A stretch of DNA of 47,262 nucleotides from Chrysochromulina tobinii (lineage: Eukaryota). Shown in pieces: positions 10,505-20,855 of this stretch (its first letter is position 1; each line of letters begins with the position of its first letter). The notes under the pieces are model-generated. The model ran no database searches. It had not been told where the DNA came from and was given only the letters and a program-made list of their open reading frames with translations. Location: NCBI GenBank assembly GCA_001275005.1, contig JWZX01003243.1, positions 1 to 47,262 of the forward strand, in the 5' to 3' direction. Made by a program: the position numbers and the translations under genes.

Positions 10505-10813
10505 TTTTTTACTCCCAGACGCTCGCCTTTTGAAAAGATGACGTTGTCTTCGTGCAGGAAAGTTTTAATGGATGGATGGGGAGGATGGGTGGATGGTTGG
10601 ATGCCTCGTCCGTTGCCGGCCGCTTCCGCTTGCGCCGCGGGCGCGGTCGTCTCACTCTAGTCGATGTAATTCGTGATTTATTTGGTGGGTTAAAAACTCA
10701 ACCGTGCGAAACTCAACTGTGCGTCGATCACACGTCGATTACCCCCGACTTGTTCGCATGTTGTGCCATTCTGTGTTCCTGTTCATGGACATGATCAATC
10801 ATATCACCGCGGA

Positions 10814-11698
10814 TCATGGAACAGCAGAATACGTCGGGAAAGGAACATTTGATGGCGCTGGTGCTTCCGGCAGCTGATGTGGCGGTGACGGTGCATGTAG
10901 CGGCGGGTCTACTGACTCTGGCTGCTGCTGAGGCGCAGGGGCGTCATCAACAGGCGGCGCCGGCTCCGCGGCGAGGGTTTCTGCGACGGCGGGTGGAGGC
11001 ATGCTTCTCGGTGCAGGCGCCGGCGGCTTGAGCGCGGCGTGCAGGTCTCGCCTCGGCGGCATCGCATGGAGGTAGCCCGCGCCCACACCGCACCCGAGGT
11101 AGCCGTCGCCACCCCACGTTCGCGTAGGCGTGATCATCACGTCGCGCACGCTCTCCGTGCGCACTGAATAAACATAGAGCCTCACTGTCCGGTTCTCGTT
11201 GTGCATCACAATCTCGCCAAACTCGTCCGGCCCGTCGTAGAGCAGGTCACCCACGCCGAGGATGTAATCATTGTACGCATCCAGGCCGGCGGCCGACGCC
11301 GGGCTGTCGTCGAAAACGTCAAGCACGTGCAGCGTGTGCTTCGACAGGTCCTGAGCCACATCAAATCGGATTGTGATGCCGAGGAGTCCACTACCGCCCC
11401 AGTCGTCATTGGGTGTGAGGATAGTCTCGCGAGTGCGCAGAGTGTGCGTGTCGAAGACGCACAGCCGCATTGGCTTGCCCTTGTTCTCGGCAATCATGCG
11501 CACGAAGTTGCCATCGTCGTGGTCAAGGCGCACGCCATTTGCTACCACAATGTAGTCCAGAACAGATTGCAAGCCCGCGGCTTGGCCAGGAGAATTCGGC
11601 TCGATCCGATGAACACGGAATCCGTACTCGTGCCCGATGACGGAGTCGAGCACGTCCTGTCGGCCGGCCTCAGCCTCGTTGCTGATCGCAGATCCCAT
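10814..11698 (-). CDS. GORASP: Golgi reassembly stacking protein GRASP55/65
   Basis: MG N-terminus (myristoylation-compatible), tandem GRASP PDZ domains (YGFRVHRIEPNSPG, WGGSGLLGITIRF, LHVLDVFDDSPA, WGGDGYLGCGVGAGYLH) and a Pro-rich tail. Confidence 0.95.
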   Translation of the reverse strand: MGSAISNEAEAGRQDVLDSVIGHEYGFRVHRIEPNSPGQAAGLQSVLDYIVVANGVRLDHDDGNFVRMIAENKGKPMRLCVFDTHTLRTRETILTPNDDWGGSGLLGITIRFDVAQDLSKHTLHVLDVFDDSPASAAGLDAYNDYILGVGDLLYDGPDEFGEIVMHNENRTVRLYVYSVRTESVRDVMITPTRTWGGDGYLGCGVGAGYLHAMPPRRDLHAALKPPAPAPRSMPPPAVAETLAAEPAPPVDDAPAPQQQPESVDPPLHAPSPPHQLPEAPAPSNVPFPTYSAVP

Positions 11699-11714
11699 GC
11701 GAGAGAATCGCTCC

Positions 11715-11871
11715 AGTCAAGTCAAGTCAAGTCCAGGACTCCTAAGTTGGTCGCGTCCTCGGCTGTTTTTGTATTGACTTGACTTGCTCCTTGTCCAGGA
11801 CACGTGGGACGGCTCCCCTCGTCAGAGGCGAGATGAGGGCTTGACTTGTCTTGACTTGACTAGCCTTGACT
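11715..11871. repeat. Inverted (CAAGT)n / (ACTTG)n pentamer arrays in a bidirectional intergenic region
   Basis: agtcaagtcaagtcaagtc at 11715-11733; ttgacttgacttg at 11774-11786; cttgacttgtcttgacttgactagccttgact at 11840-11871. Confidence 0.85.
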
Positions 11872-11878
11872 ATTCGGC

Positions 11879-12357
11879 ATGCACGAAGAGCTACAGATGC
11901 AAACGACTGAGGTGCGCGGCGCGCTGCTGCTCTTCGAATGCCGCGCCTAGCATGGTAGCATGCCGGGGTTATAGTTCACGTGCGACGCTGGGCTACTCGT
12001 TGCATGCGCTCGCAGGTGATTGACGGCTTGAGGAGCGCAGCTGAGGCAATCGATGCGGGTCCATGCGCAGCGACTGTAGCTATTACGACGCTTGAAGGGC
12101 ATGCGGTGGTGTTGCGCCTCGATAGCAGAGGCGTGCGCATCGAAAGCGCAGCTGATGACTGTCCTTACAGCCGGCAAACGTATGATTGTGTAAACTCCCT
12201 GCTGCTCAACCAGAGTTCGGGGTTTCGGGCGTACTTCAACGCCTCACTGGCCGCGGCGCTGGCCGTGGCAGCCAACGGCACACATACGGAAGCTTTGGAA
12301 GAGCAAGCTTTGGAGGAGGAAGCTTTGGAGAAGGATGGCGCTATTGTTAGGTCATAG
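11879..12357 (+). CDS. GSKIP: GSKIP (DUF727)-like protein; exons 11879-11911 and 12016-12357
   Basis: AITTLEGHAVVLRLDSRGVRI and TYDCVNSLLLNQSSGFRAYFNASLAAAL match the GSKIP pattern; phase-0 GT-AG intron at 11912-12015. Confidence 0.75.
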
Positions 12358-12627
12358 CGGGACCGCTACATGATCATTATGAGTCTCTTGTCGTCTCCTA
12401 CAAGATAAGTGCGCTAGTGGGGCGCCTGTGCCTGTGGGTCAACGGCTCAACGCGGCCGCGCGCCCCCGCGCCGGCGCCGCACCTGATCGTTTTATTATCG
12501 GACGGGGCGCCCCGGGGGCTCATGATTGGAAGATATTGTGAATTCCAAGATATTGCGCCCCCGGGGCCCGGCTGCCGACTGAGACCTGAGACATTCCGCA
12601 CTACGACGACATACACGCGCAAAGGCG

Positions 12628-13323
12628 CTATTCAACTACGCGTGCGGCTGAGCTCTCAGAGCCACACAGAAGAATGCATTGCACATCGTGCACCTCACGT
12701 CGCGCCCAATCCAAGATGTTGAGCCGTCCTCTCGAGAGGCTGACCTCGCGTGTTCCTGCAGCGTCTAGCACACGCTGCTGATTGACCGGAACCGGCGTGT
12801 TGAGCCAAGCTTCGTACTCCACCTTTGTATTGAAGGGCGAGTCGACGAAAGACGGTGTTGGATGCTGCGGAGGCAGCGGCAGTGCTTGTCGTTGGCAGCA
12901 ACCATCAGTACCGCAGCCGCCAGTCGGTTCGCCGATCGCTGACGGCACCTGCCACTGGCAGCAGCCGCCACCTTGCTCTTGTGAGGTGCACAGAGCTGGG
13001 TCGTGCTTATCAAGAAGCATCTGGCGCACACGGCATAGACGGGCGAGGACTGCGTCTCGAGCAACACCAGTGGCATGCACCATTGGAAGTACCTCTATGA
13101 GCGTGGCCACGGCGCCCAGCACTGCACCTTCTGGCTCACCCGCAGCGCTGCCCTCACCAAAACCGGCGTTGAATGCGGCTTGCAACGCCGCCTCCTCACC
13201 AGCGGCAGTGCCTTCGCGAAAGCCTAGAGTTGCAAACGTGCGCTCAAGGCGCGCCCATTCGCACGAAGCGACGTTCGCGGCCAACGGCGTCTCGGGGTTG
13301 CTATCGTCAAGCCAGTCGACCAT
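12628..13323 (-). CDS. YAE1: Yae1-like protein (deca-GX3 motif; CIA adaptor family)
   Basis: EWARLERTFATLGFREGTAAGEEAALQAAFNAGFGEG. ATG at 13323 avoids overlap with MCM10; the 3' end is less certain. Confidence 0.7.
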   Translation of the reverse strand: MVDWLDDSNPETPLAANVASCEWARLERTFATLGFREGTAAGEEAALQAAFNAGFGEGSAAGEPEGAVLGAVATLIEVLPMVHATGVARDAVLARLCRVRQMLLDKHDPALCTSQEQGGGCCQWQVPSAIGEPTGGCGTDGCCQRQALPLPPQHPTPSFVDSPFNTKVEYEAWLNTPVPVNQQRVLDAAGTREVSLSRGRLNILDWARREVHDVQCILLCGSESSAARVVE

Positions 13324-13477
13324 TCTTGCGGATCGGACTTCGCGAAGCAAGCAAGGTTTTTTGCACGCCAGAAAATCACGTGTCGCGTCAAACAAACGCC
13401 GCAACTCTTTTCCTGAGAAGACACGTTTGCACACCACTATGTTTTTCGAGCAGCTCCCGCGCAGCGTGTACGGGAAA

Positions 13478-15320
13478 ATGTCCGCCGCCCCAGAGGCCGC
13501 TGACCTGGCAGATCTGCTGGCGCTCGCTGACGTTCCTGCGGCGCCATCAGCGAAAAGGCCTTGCCTCAGCACCACGAGCACCATGAGCAGTATGCCAGAC
13601 CTCACGATCGAGCCGCTCTCTGGCATACGCATCCGTCCAGAGAGCCGGAAGCTTGATCGCGAAGCCCTGCGTGCTCTCTCTTCGACCTTCGACTTTCGCC
13701 GACTGGATCAAATTCCAGGGATGCTGCGCGGAGCGACCCCATTGCCGACTGCGTGGCTCACCATTGCAGTGCTCGTCGACAAGGGACCCACCAAGCCAAC
13801 TAATGGCGGCGGCGGTCAGTTTTGCGTTTGGAAGCTAAGCGACCTCAAGCGGGGCAGCTCTGCGACAACTGTGCCCGTCTTCCTCTTCGGCGAGGCCTGC
13901 TCTGGGGCCTGGAAGGAGCTTCCCGGCACAGCGTTCGCGCTGCTAGCTGCCAAGGCCGTGCCGCGCAAGGATGGTGCGGACGCAGGTGCAGAGGAGGCAG
14001 CCCTGAGCATCGACAAGCTGCAGCAGCTGCAGCGCATCGGGCATGCGTCCGAATTCGCATTCTGCAAGGCGGAACGACGAGACGGCAAGCCGTGTTCCAT
14101 GTGGGTCAACAAGGAGGAGTGCGAGTACTGCGAGTACCATGTCGGAGCCGCCCTCCGGCAGGCCAATCGCGCTGCCGCCGCGCCCAAGCGAGCGCCCAAG
14201 GACGCTGGAGCGATGCCACCCTCTTCGTCTCATGGGGGCGGCGGCAGTGCTGGCGTACCTTTGGGGGCGATCGGGGGCGTGCCTCCCACGCTCAGCGACT
14301 CTCGTCCTTCTCGACCCTCGTGGTCTGCCGCCAACATGCAGAAGCCGCATTCCGAGGCCGACATTGCGCGAGCCGCGCTAATCCTGCGCGAATCAGGCTT
14401 CACATTCCAACCTCCGGATCCGAACTCCTCGGACCCGTTCAAGCATCAATTCAAGGTGCTCCCCAAGGCGGCAGTCGCGCCTCGACCGGCGAGCGCCCCG
14501 GCATCAGCCAAGCCCATCCCAAGCACAGTCGCCACGTCCTGCGTGCGCGGAAGCGCCGATGTCGGGCTGGGTGTGCACAGGGGTTTGAGTGGCAGCGTCG
14601 ACATGGCCTCCCGCGGCTCCAGCTTCTTGCAGGCCTTTGGCAGCATCGATCGGCACGCGAAGGAAAAGGTGCTACAGGCCAAGCCCACTGGCGCCGCATC
14701 AGAGCGCGAGGCGGCGCGTGAAGAGCTAGATCGGCGCCTCGGCACGCTGAGCAAGAAAGACGAGCTGCACGAAAAGGTGAGAGGGGGGCGCAGCGCCTCA
14801 CTTACGACCGCGCTCAGCGCGCCACCGACTAGAGTGCAACACTCATCGTCCTTCCTCCCCACGCCTTTGCTCACCTGCGCAGGCCCAAACGGTGTCCGTG
14901 ATCGAGGTGACGGCCTACAAGTGTCTCCAATGCGGCTACTTTGCTGAAAAGGCGCGACGAGAGTGCCGTGAGCTGGGCCATCAGCTGCAGGGCGTCAAGG
15001 TAAAAAAGCGCTTCTTTTCATGTCGCCGTTGCAAGGAGCACACGTCGGCCCTCAATCGACGGCTGCCGGACGGCGCTTGCCGCAAGTGCGGGAGCACGGA
15101 TTGGAAGGAAGCGGGCTTGAAGCGCAGTACTGCCGCGCCCCCGCCGTCGGCCGAGTTCCTCCCGCGTGGCGAGGAGGTCGGCAAGTTCCGCAACTCCGTG
15201 CCTGCGCCGTCGTACGCAACCGGCGATGCTGTCACAGATGCGGCTTCTGGGGGTGCGCTGGATGATCGGCGCAATCACAACGCTTGGCAAAGCTCGATGC
15301 CTACTTGGGATGAAACCTGA
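13478..15320 (+). CDS. MCM10: Minichromosome maintenance protein 10; exons 13478-14776 and 14883-15320
   Basis: EPLSGIRI, OB fold (WLTIAVLVDK, FCVWKLSDL, VFLFGEA), CCCH finger CKAERRDGKPC...CEYCEYH, and C-terminal zinc domain (CLQC...KRFFSCRRC...CRKCGSTDW). Phase-0 GT-AG intron. Confidence 0.93.
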
Positions 15321-15827
15321 TAGATAACCTTCGACGACTGCGCGTGGGAGGAGTCGGTGGAGTTGGAGGCCCTTGACGCGGCACGCGAGCGGCGTGCTGC
15401 AGACACCAAGGTGGCGCCGGTCGCGTGGGCCGTGCGCGCAGGGGTGGAATGGTGGAAGCGGGTAGGAAGCGGGTGGAAGCGCGCGCGCCGTCCGGCTGGA
15501 CGAGAACCGGCCCGGCGCGCGGGAGGCCGCTGGCCGGGCCGCGGTCGTGCTCGCGGCCTCCCGCCGCCAGTAAGTAAGTAAAACCGCATGTGTGCCCACA
15601 CGCATATGTTAGGCAATGAGGCTTGTTATCAGAGGCTAAAAAAGCAAGACCGTACCAACTGAAACCAACTGTGGACCGTCGAACGGTCGACCGTGCCCGG
15701 GGTCTCTCTCGGCGCCCCACGGCCCGTCTTGTCTCTTGACCGCTTGATGAACCAGGCACGCGCGAGGAGCAGGACGCGCGAAACTGTGCCCATCGAGGTT
15801 CCGCCTGCCGTCAGCGCTGAGAGCACA

Positions 15828-17076
15828 TCAGCTCGCCTGGGCCGTCTCGCGCTCTAGCCAAATGTTGAGAGTGGTGCCCGTTCGATAGATGTCCGGAAGC
15901 TTGTCGGCGACCACTTCGAGCTGCTTCTGCAGTTCGTACGGCGTGGGCCGCTCCCAAAGCTTGACCGTCTTGACTAATGCGTGCGCGAAGCTGCGGCCCA
16001 GCAAGTGAACGGCGTCCATCTCAATGTGCGAGTCCCCAACAGAGACAAGGTTCGTGACCGCCTCGAGCTGCAGCTTATTTTGCACCTGCACACGCGGCCA
16101 AAACGAGTGGTCAGTGCTCGAAGCGCACAGGGATCGATCGAGCGTGATCGCACACCTGTAAGAATGCGTGCATCTTCCAGGCGTGGCTGTCGCCTGGGAA
16201 GGCCGCCTCGAAGGCTCCGCGCGCGGAAATGATCTCGACGTTGGGAAGATCTTCAGCAAGCCCCGGCATGCAAAGGGAGGAGGAATGCTGGACCCACCCC
16301 TCCGAAGCGTTTGTGATGATGAAGACCTTACCCATCTTGCTCGCCTGCCGCAGCAGCGTCTGCACGATGCGCTCGAGCGAGGACAGCTGCTCGCGGACCT
16401 GCGCAGGAATGGCACCGTACTGGCGCTGGACCATCTCGAGGTGGCTCGTGCACAGCAGCGTGTCGTCCCAATCGAAGATGGTGACAGTCTGCGAGCTCTT
16501 CGGCCGGTTGAGTTGTGGGATGAACGCGCGCGAGTGCTCCAGCTTCTTGATATACCCGAGACGGATGTCGTCGCTTGAGCGCCGTGCCGACGCCTGGCGC
16601 ACAGCGACCACCTCGACTGGCTGCTCGTCTCCTGTGTGCTCCGAGGGTGGGACTAAGGATGGCGAGCCACGGCCCACGTCAGGTGGCGCCTCTTTGGCAC
16701 CAGTGCGACCCTCCTTCATGCCCTCCTTCACGCCCTCCTTCTCCTGAATGCCCACCTTGCTGAGAAACTTTAGGCGCCATTGGGAGTTCCGAGCACCTGG
16801 ACCTAAACCAGGATCTTCTCCTTCGGCGGTGCTGCTGCTTGGTATCGCTTCCTCTGCGCGAGCCGGAGCGGTGCTTGAAGGTTCTGTTTTCGCAACTGGA
16901 GGCGGCAATGGCAACATGGCCGCAAATGCCTCCGACAACGCCGCCGCCGCATCTCCATTTGAAGAGCACGGTCCCGGAGCGACGCTGAAAACGCCGCCTG
17001 CGAGGGGCGCCGCCATTGCGAAGAACAAGTCCGCTGTGCCTCCTCGCTCCTGCAGCGCCTCCTCGCGTGATCGCAT
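15828..17076 (-). CDS. HAD-superfamily (DxDxT) protist protein; exons 17076 (or 17016)-16156 and 16085-15828
   Basis: Motif I IFDWDDTL, motif II IITNA, motif III WK, motif IV SVGDSHIE; GT-AG intron at 16155-16086 is frame-compatible. Confidence 0.82.
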
Positions 17077-17241
17077 CTGGTAAGTTGTGAACGTTCACAG
17101 TTACGTGTAGTTTGGAGCTCTTGGTTGGAGGAGGGTACAGTAAGCGCTGCGTGCGGCGTTCATTCATGCGTGCCAGCCAGTACCCTCGGGGCGAGACTAT
17201 TCCTATTCACAAGCTCGTCAAACGTTCGCCACCTCCAATAT

Positions 17242-19626
17242 TCACAAGATGCCAAGGCAACAGCGCTGGTAACAATCATACGCTCCCGTGGTCCAGTTGT
17301 CCAGCGCGTTGTCAATGAGGTTCGCAGCGTAGCGCGCGTACTGCTGTTGCGTCATGTCGGGCTGGAAGCGCTGCCGCATGGCCTCAACGGTGCTCTCGCC
17401 TGCCCTGAAGCATGGGAACGAGCCGCCCACGCCACGGTACGCCGCATGCACGATGAGCAGTACCTTGTCACGGTGGCGACGAGCCTCCTGGAAGCCGCGC
17501 ACCACGAGCGTGCGGTAGTAGCGGAACCAAGGCGAGCCGATGCCACCCATGAGCTCGACCCACTCGCCTGTCAGCTTGAAGGGCGCTGCCTCGAAGCCCA
17601 TGTTCTTGCCGGGCGAGTTGGAGAGCAAGAAGCCAAAGTCGATGTGAATTACGGAGCCGTTGGCATGCAGCAAGATGTTGCCATTGTGCCGGTCTTTGAG
17701 CTGCAGCAGGTAGGAGACGACCGAGTACGCAGCGAGGCTCTGCACAAAGTTGCGCCGTGCACGGTGGAAGCTCACGCTGCTCGCGCCGCCGTAGCGCCGA
17801 CGGAAAAAGTCGGCGAGCGAGTAGTAGTTGGCTGTCGACTTCTTGACCGAGTCGAGCGATTTGGCGTTGGGCACCACCTCGATGAGCCCGGTGGTGGGCG
17901 AGGTGGCAAGGATGCGGTACGGCCGCAACCGCAGAGGTAGCCGGCAGTGGCGGAAGATGCGATCGAACTCGCGGATGAGACTCACCGCAAACTGCTCCTG
18001 CAGCAGCTCGTCGTTCGACTTGACGATGAAGGCATGGAGCGCCCAGCCGGGCAAGTTGGCGTATGGGGACGTCGCGCGCATCCGATCGGCGCGCTCCTGC
18101 CAGAGCTCGCCGAACCCCTCGTTGACGGAGTAGTCAAAGTCCTCTTCGTCGTCCGCAGCGCGTGCGCCACGCGTGCCGCGCAGCGTGCCGCCCCCGTCCG
18201 GACGCAGCGCGTCCCCCTCAGACGCAGATGCTGCCTCCTGCAGCAGCAGCCGGCTCTTATGGGCGCGCGCCTCACGCTCGGGCTCGTCGGGCTCGTTCTC
18301 GGGCGAGGGCGGGGCAGCGGCGAGCCGCGGCGTCGGCATCAGCGTGGCCGGGTCGCCCTCAATGACGAGCTCCGTGTCGGCGACCGCAACCGCACGCGAT
18401 AGGCCCGTGAAGCTGCCACCTATGCGCCTGGAGGTGCCCTCCTCGGGGTCCGAGCTGGAGCGCAGACGCATCGAGGGCGCGGACGCGAGGCCCGCCATCG
18501 CGGCGGCGCAGCGCGGGCTGCCCACGCTTGAGGGCTCGGTGCCGCCCTCGGCGCTGTGAACTGCGCAGCTCTCCGCGCGCTGGCGGCGCAAGGAGGCGGG
18601 CATACCTTCACTGGTCAGGCGCTGCTGCCGGCGCCTGAAATTGGACGCGCGGTTGGCGACGGCACGCGAGAGCTTGCCGAGGCGGACTCGCATCGCGAGC
18701 GCCGCGCTCGACTGAGATTGCTGACCGAGCAGAGCGGGATGTGCGTCGACCACCTCGGCGAAGACGAGGTAGGGCACGCGCTCCTTGGTCGAGAGGACGA
18801 AGGACTCCCCCTCGAGGAAGCGCGCGATCGCGTGCGGGTTGGCGTCGAGACCCGAGAGCGGCACAAAGGGGCGCCAGCTCGGCGGCAACGGCCCGCCAGT
18901 GCGAGGCAGCAGCTTGTTGACGGCGATGAGGGCAGCGCGCAGCTGCTCGAGCCGGAAGGGCCGCTCGACAGCGCGCAACTGCTCAGAGATGCCGGTGAGA
19001 GTCTGCACTAGGTGCAGCTCACGCCGAAACTGCGAAACCGCCGTCGCGCCGTCATTGTCGGGGTCGCTGGCGCCAATGGGCTGCGGCTGTGGCGCCGCGC
19101 AAACCTCGAGCAGACGCGACACGCTCTGCTTCATCTGCTCAATGAGTGACAAGCGCACCGTCTCATCGGCAGCCGATGCGGCGGCCGTGTGGCGGGGCTG
19201 CGCCAGGAGCAGCCAGTAGAGCTCGAGGCCAAAGCTGGGCGCAGCTGCGCAAGTTCGCAGCAGGAAGGCCTTGACCTCTCTCGAGACGGGCCCGCTGTGT
19301 GTGAGCACGTAGTACAGGAGCTGTGGCAGCACCGACTGGAGCGCGATGGGGTCGAGGCCAAAGAGCTGATCGAGCTGCGCACCCGTGACGGAGCGCCCCA
19401 TCCCCGACTCATCCCACAACATTTGAACCGCCGCATGGATGGCATCCCACCTCCGCTGCGGCGAGTGCGAGAGCCGCGCTGCGGACACGTAGGCGAAGAG
19501 CCTATCGAGTGCTTGCAGAGCCCTCGAGCTGCTTTGGGGACCACTGACCTCCATGGCAACGAAATGGCCTTCTGGTTCAGGCACCGCATCCAGATAGCCT
19601 CCGCCAGAGTTGTAGTTGATCGCCAT
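17242..19626 (-). CDS. PI4KB: Phosphatidylinositol 4-kinase type III beta (Pik1-like)
   Basis: PIK helical region (VLPQLLY, FGLELYWLL), LSTKERVPYLVFAEV, IVKSNDELLQEQFA, LKDRHNGNILL, IHIDFGF, FEAAPFKLT. Confidence 0.95.
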   Translation of the reverse strand: MAINYNSGGGYLDAVPEPEGHFVAMEVSGPQSSSRALQALDRLFAYVSAARLSHSPQRRWDAIHAAVQMLWDESGMGRSVTGAQLDQLFGLDPIALQSVLPQLLYYVLTHSGPVSREVKAFLLRTCAAAPSFGLELYWLLLAQPRHTAAASAADETVRLSLIEQMKQSVSRLLEVCAAPQPQPIGASDPDNDGATAVSQFRRELHLVQTLTGISEQLRAVERPFRLEQLRAALIAVNKLLPRTGGPLPPSWRPFVPLSGLDANPHAIARFLEGESFVLSTKERVPYLVFAEVVDAHPALLGQQSQSSAALAMRVRLGKLSRAVANRASNFRRRQQRLTSEGMPASLRRQRAESCAVHSAEGGTEPSSVGSPRCAAAMAGLASAPSMRLRSSSDPEEGTSRRIGGSFTGLSRAVAVADTELVIEGDPATLMPTPRLAAAPPSPENEPDEPEREARAHKSRLLLQEAASASEGDALRPDGGGTLRGTRGARAADDEEDFDYSVNEGFGELWQERADRMRATSPYANLPGWALHAFIVKSNDELLQEQFAVSLIREFDRIFRHCRLPLRLRPYRILATSPTTGLIEVVPNAKSLDSVKKSTANYYSLADFFRRRYGGASSVSFHRARRNFVQSLAAYSVVSYLLQLKDRHNGNILLHANGSVIHIDFGFLLSNSPGKNMGFEAAPFKLTGEWVELMGGIGSPWFRYYRTLVVRGFQEARRHRDKVLLIVHAAYRGVGGSFPCFRAGESTVEAMRQRFQPDMTQQQYARYAANLIDNALDNWTTGAYDCYQRCCLGIL

Positions 19627-19791
19627 CAAAGATTGCTGTCGGCGAGTATTGCTGTCGGCGAGAATAGGAATCCGGGCGGAATTCTTGTCCGCATTTCTGC
19701 GTAAAAGAGTGTGAAACGAGTGTGAACATGATTTTTGACGTCCCTTTCTTTTGGCCCGCGCTCCCCGGCGACTCTGTCGGAAATCGGTCCG

Positions 19792-20256
19792 ATGCCATCC
19801 GAAAGCTTGCCGTTCGGAAGCCTTTCCGCACACGACGAGGACGAGCTCGCGCACGCACGGAAGCTGACGTCCATCCGACTTAAGGAGTGCCTGGCGCGAG
19901 CAGATGAGTTTGAGCAGCGCTTACAATACTTCGAGGCGCAGCGTCGAGCCAACGGTTTGGAGGCCAAGGTGGCAGCCGCACGAGCTGATCTAGCAAAGCT
20001 TGCAAAGAGCGAAATGGATCATACGCTGCTTTCATCGACGCTCGACGCGCGACGACTTCGCATCGCTGCAGAGCGGCGGACTGCTGCTGCCGAGCTCGCC
20101 GAAGAGGAGCGGATGCCGACTGAACGTGTAGAGCCATCAGAAGCAACCACGTCAGAAGCCACCATGGCAAACTGGTTCTGGGCACCAGCTGCACGAGCCG
20201 CGATTCGCGTAGATCAAGCTATCTGGGCTGTGCGCCATGGCTTGTACATAAATTAG
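19792..20256 (+). CDS. Hypothetical coiled-coil protein
   Basis: Open frame rich in E/L/A/R heptads, divergent from PI4KB. Confidence 0.6.
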   Translation: MPSESLPFGSLSAHDEDELAHARKLTSIRLKECLARADEFEQRLQYFEAQRRANGLEAKVAAARADLAKLAKSEMDHTLLSSTLDARRLRIAAERRTAAAELAEEERMPTERVEPSEATTSEATMANWFWAPAARAAIRVDQAIWAVRHGLYIN

Positions 20257-20855
20257 CGTGGTGAGTCAGGGAGTCGATAATCGAGTATCTTTGCCGCCCA
20301 CTGTCGGGAAGCTCGAATAGACCGTAGAGCGTGCACGCGACGCGCAGAGTGGCTGCGGCGATGCCTTCTTTTATAATCTAGGTGAATCTGCGACGCGTCG
20401 TGTCCACACCGCAACGGGACCCGGATCCCGGAGCTCCCCGGGCGGCGGCGCATGGAAAGTAGGCGGATGGCGATGGCGGCAGTGCGCGGGTCCTCAGACA
20501 CTCCGGCACCGTCTCCCGGCTCCGGCGCGCACGGCCGTCGGCGCACCCGGGCGCGGTCTCCGGGTCTCCGCGTAGACCGTAGCACTTCGAGTCCGAGCGT
20601 CGCGCCTCGCCCTCGGCATGGCCGCGCGCGCCGATCGATTAAGGCACAACCCCTCACGCGCCGGCTCGATGACACCGCGTCGACGGAGCTTGGCACGCGT
20701 GTGCGAGGTGCGCGCTCACACCGCCGCGCGCCCGCCGCACGCCGCGGACCCACCGGATGGAGCCACCAGCTCACTCGCTGCCCTCAATGCGCCTTGGCAA
20801 GCATTCGGCATGGTTGCTCGCCGTGCCAGTGCGGGATCTTCGGCTGTCGCGCCGC

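Noticed and set aside
12782..13477. N-terminal extension of the 721-aa MCM10 ORF
   Set aside because: It is the antisense of the Yae1-like gene plus the shared spacer; ATG 13478 is the more plausible start.
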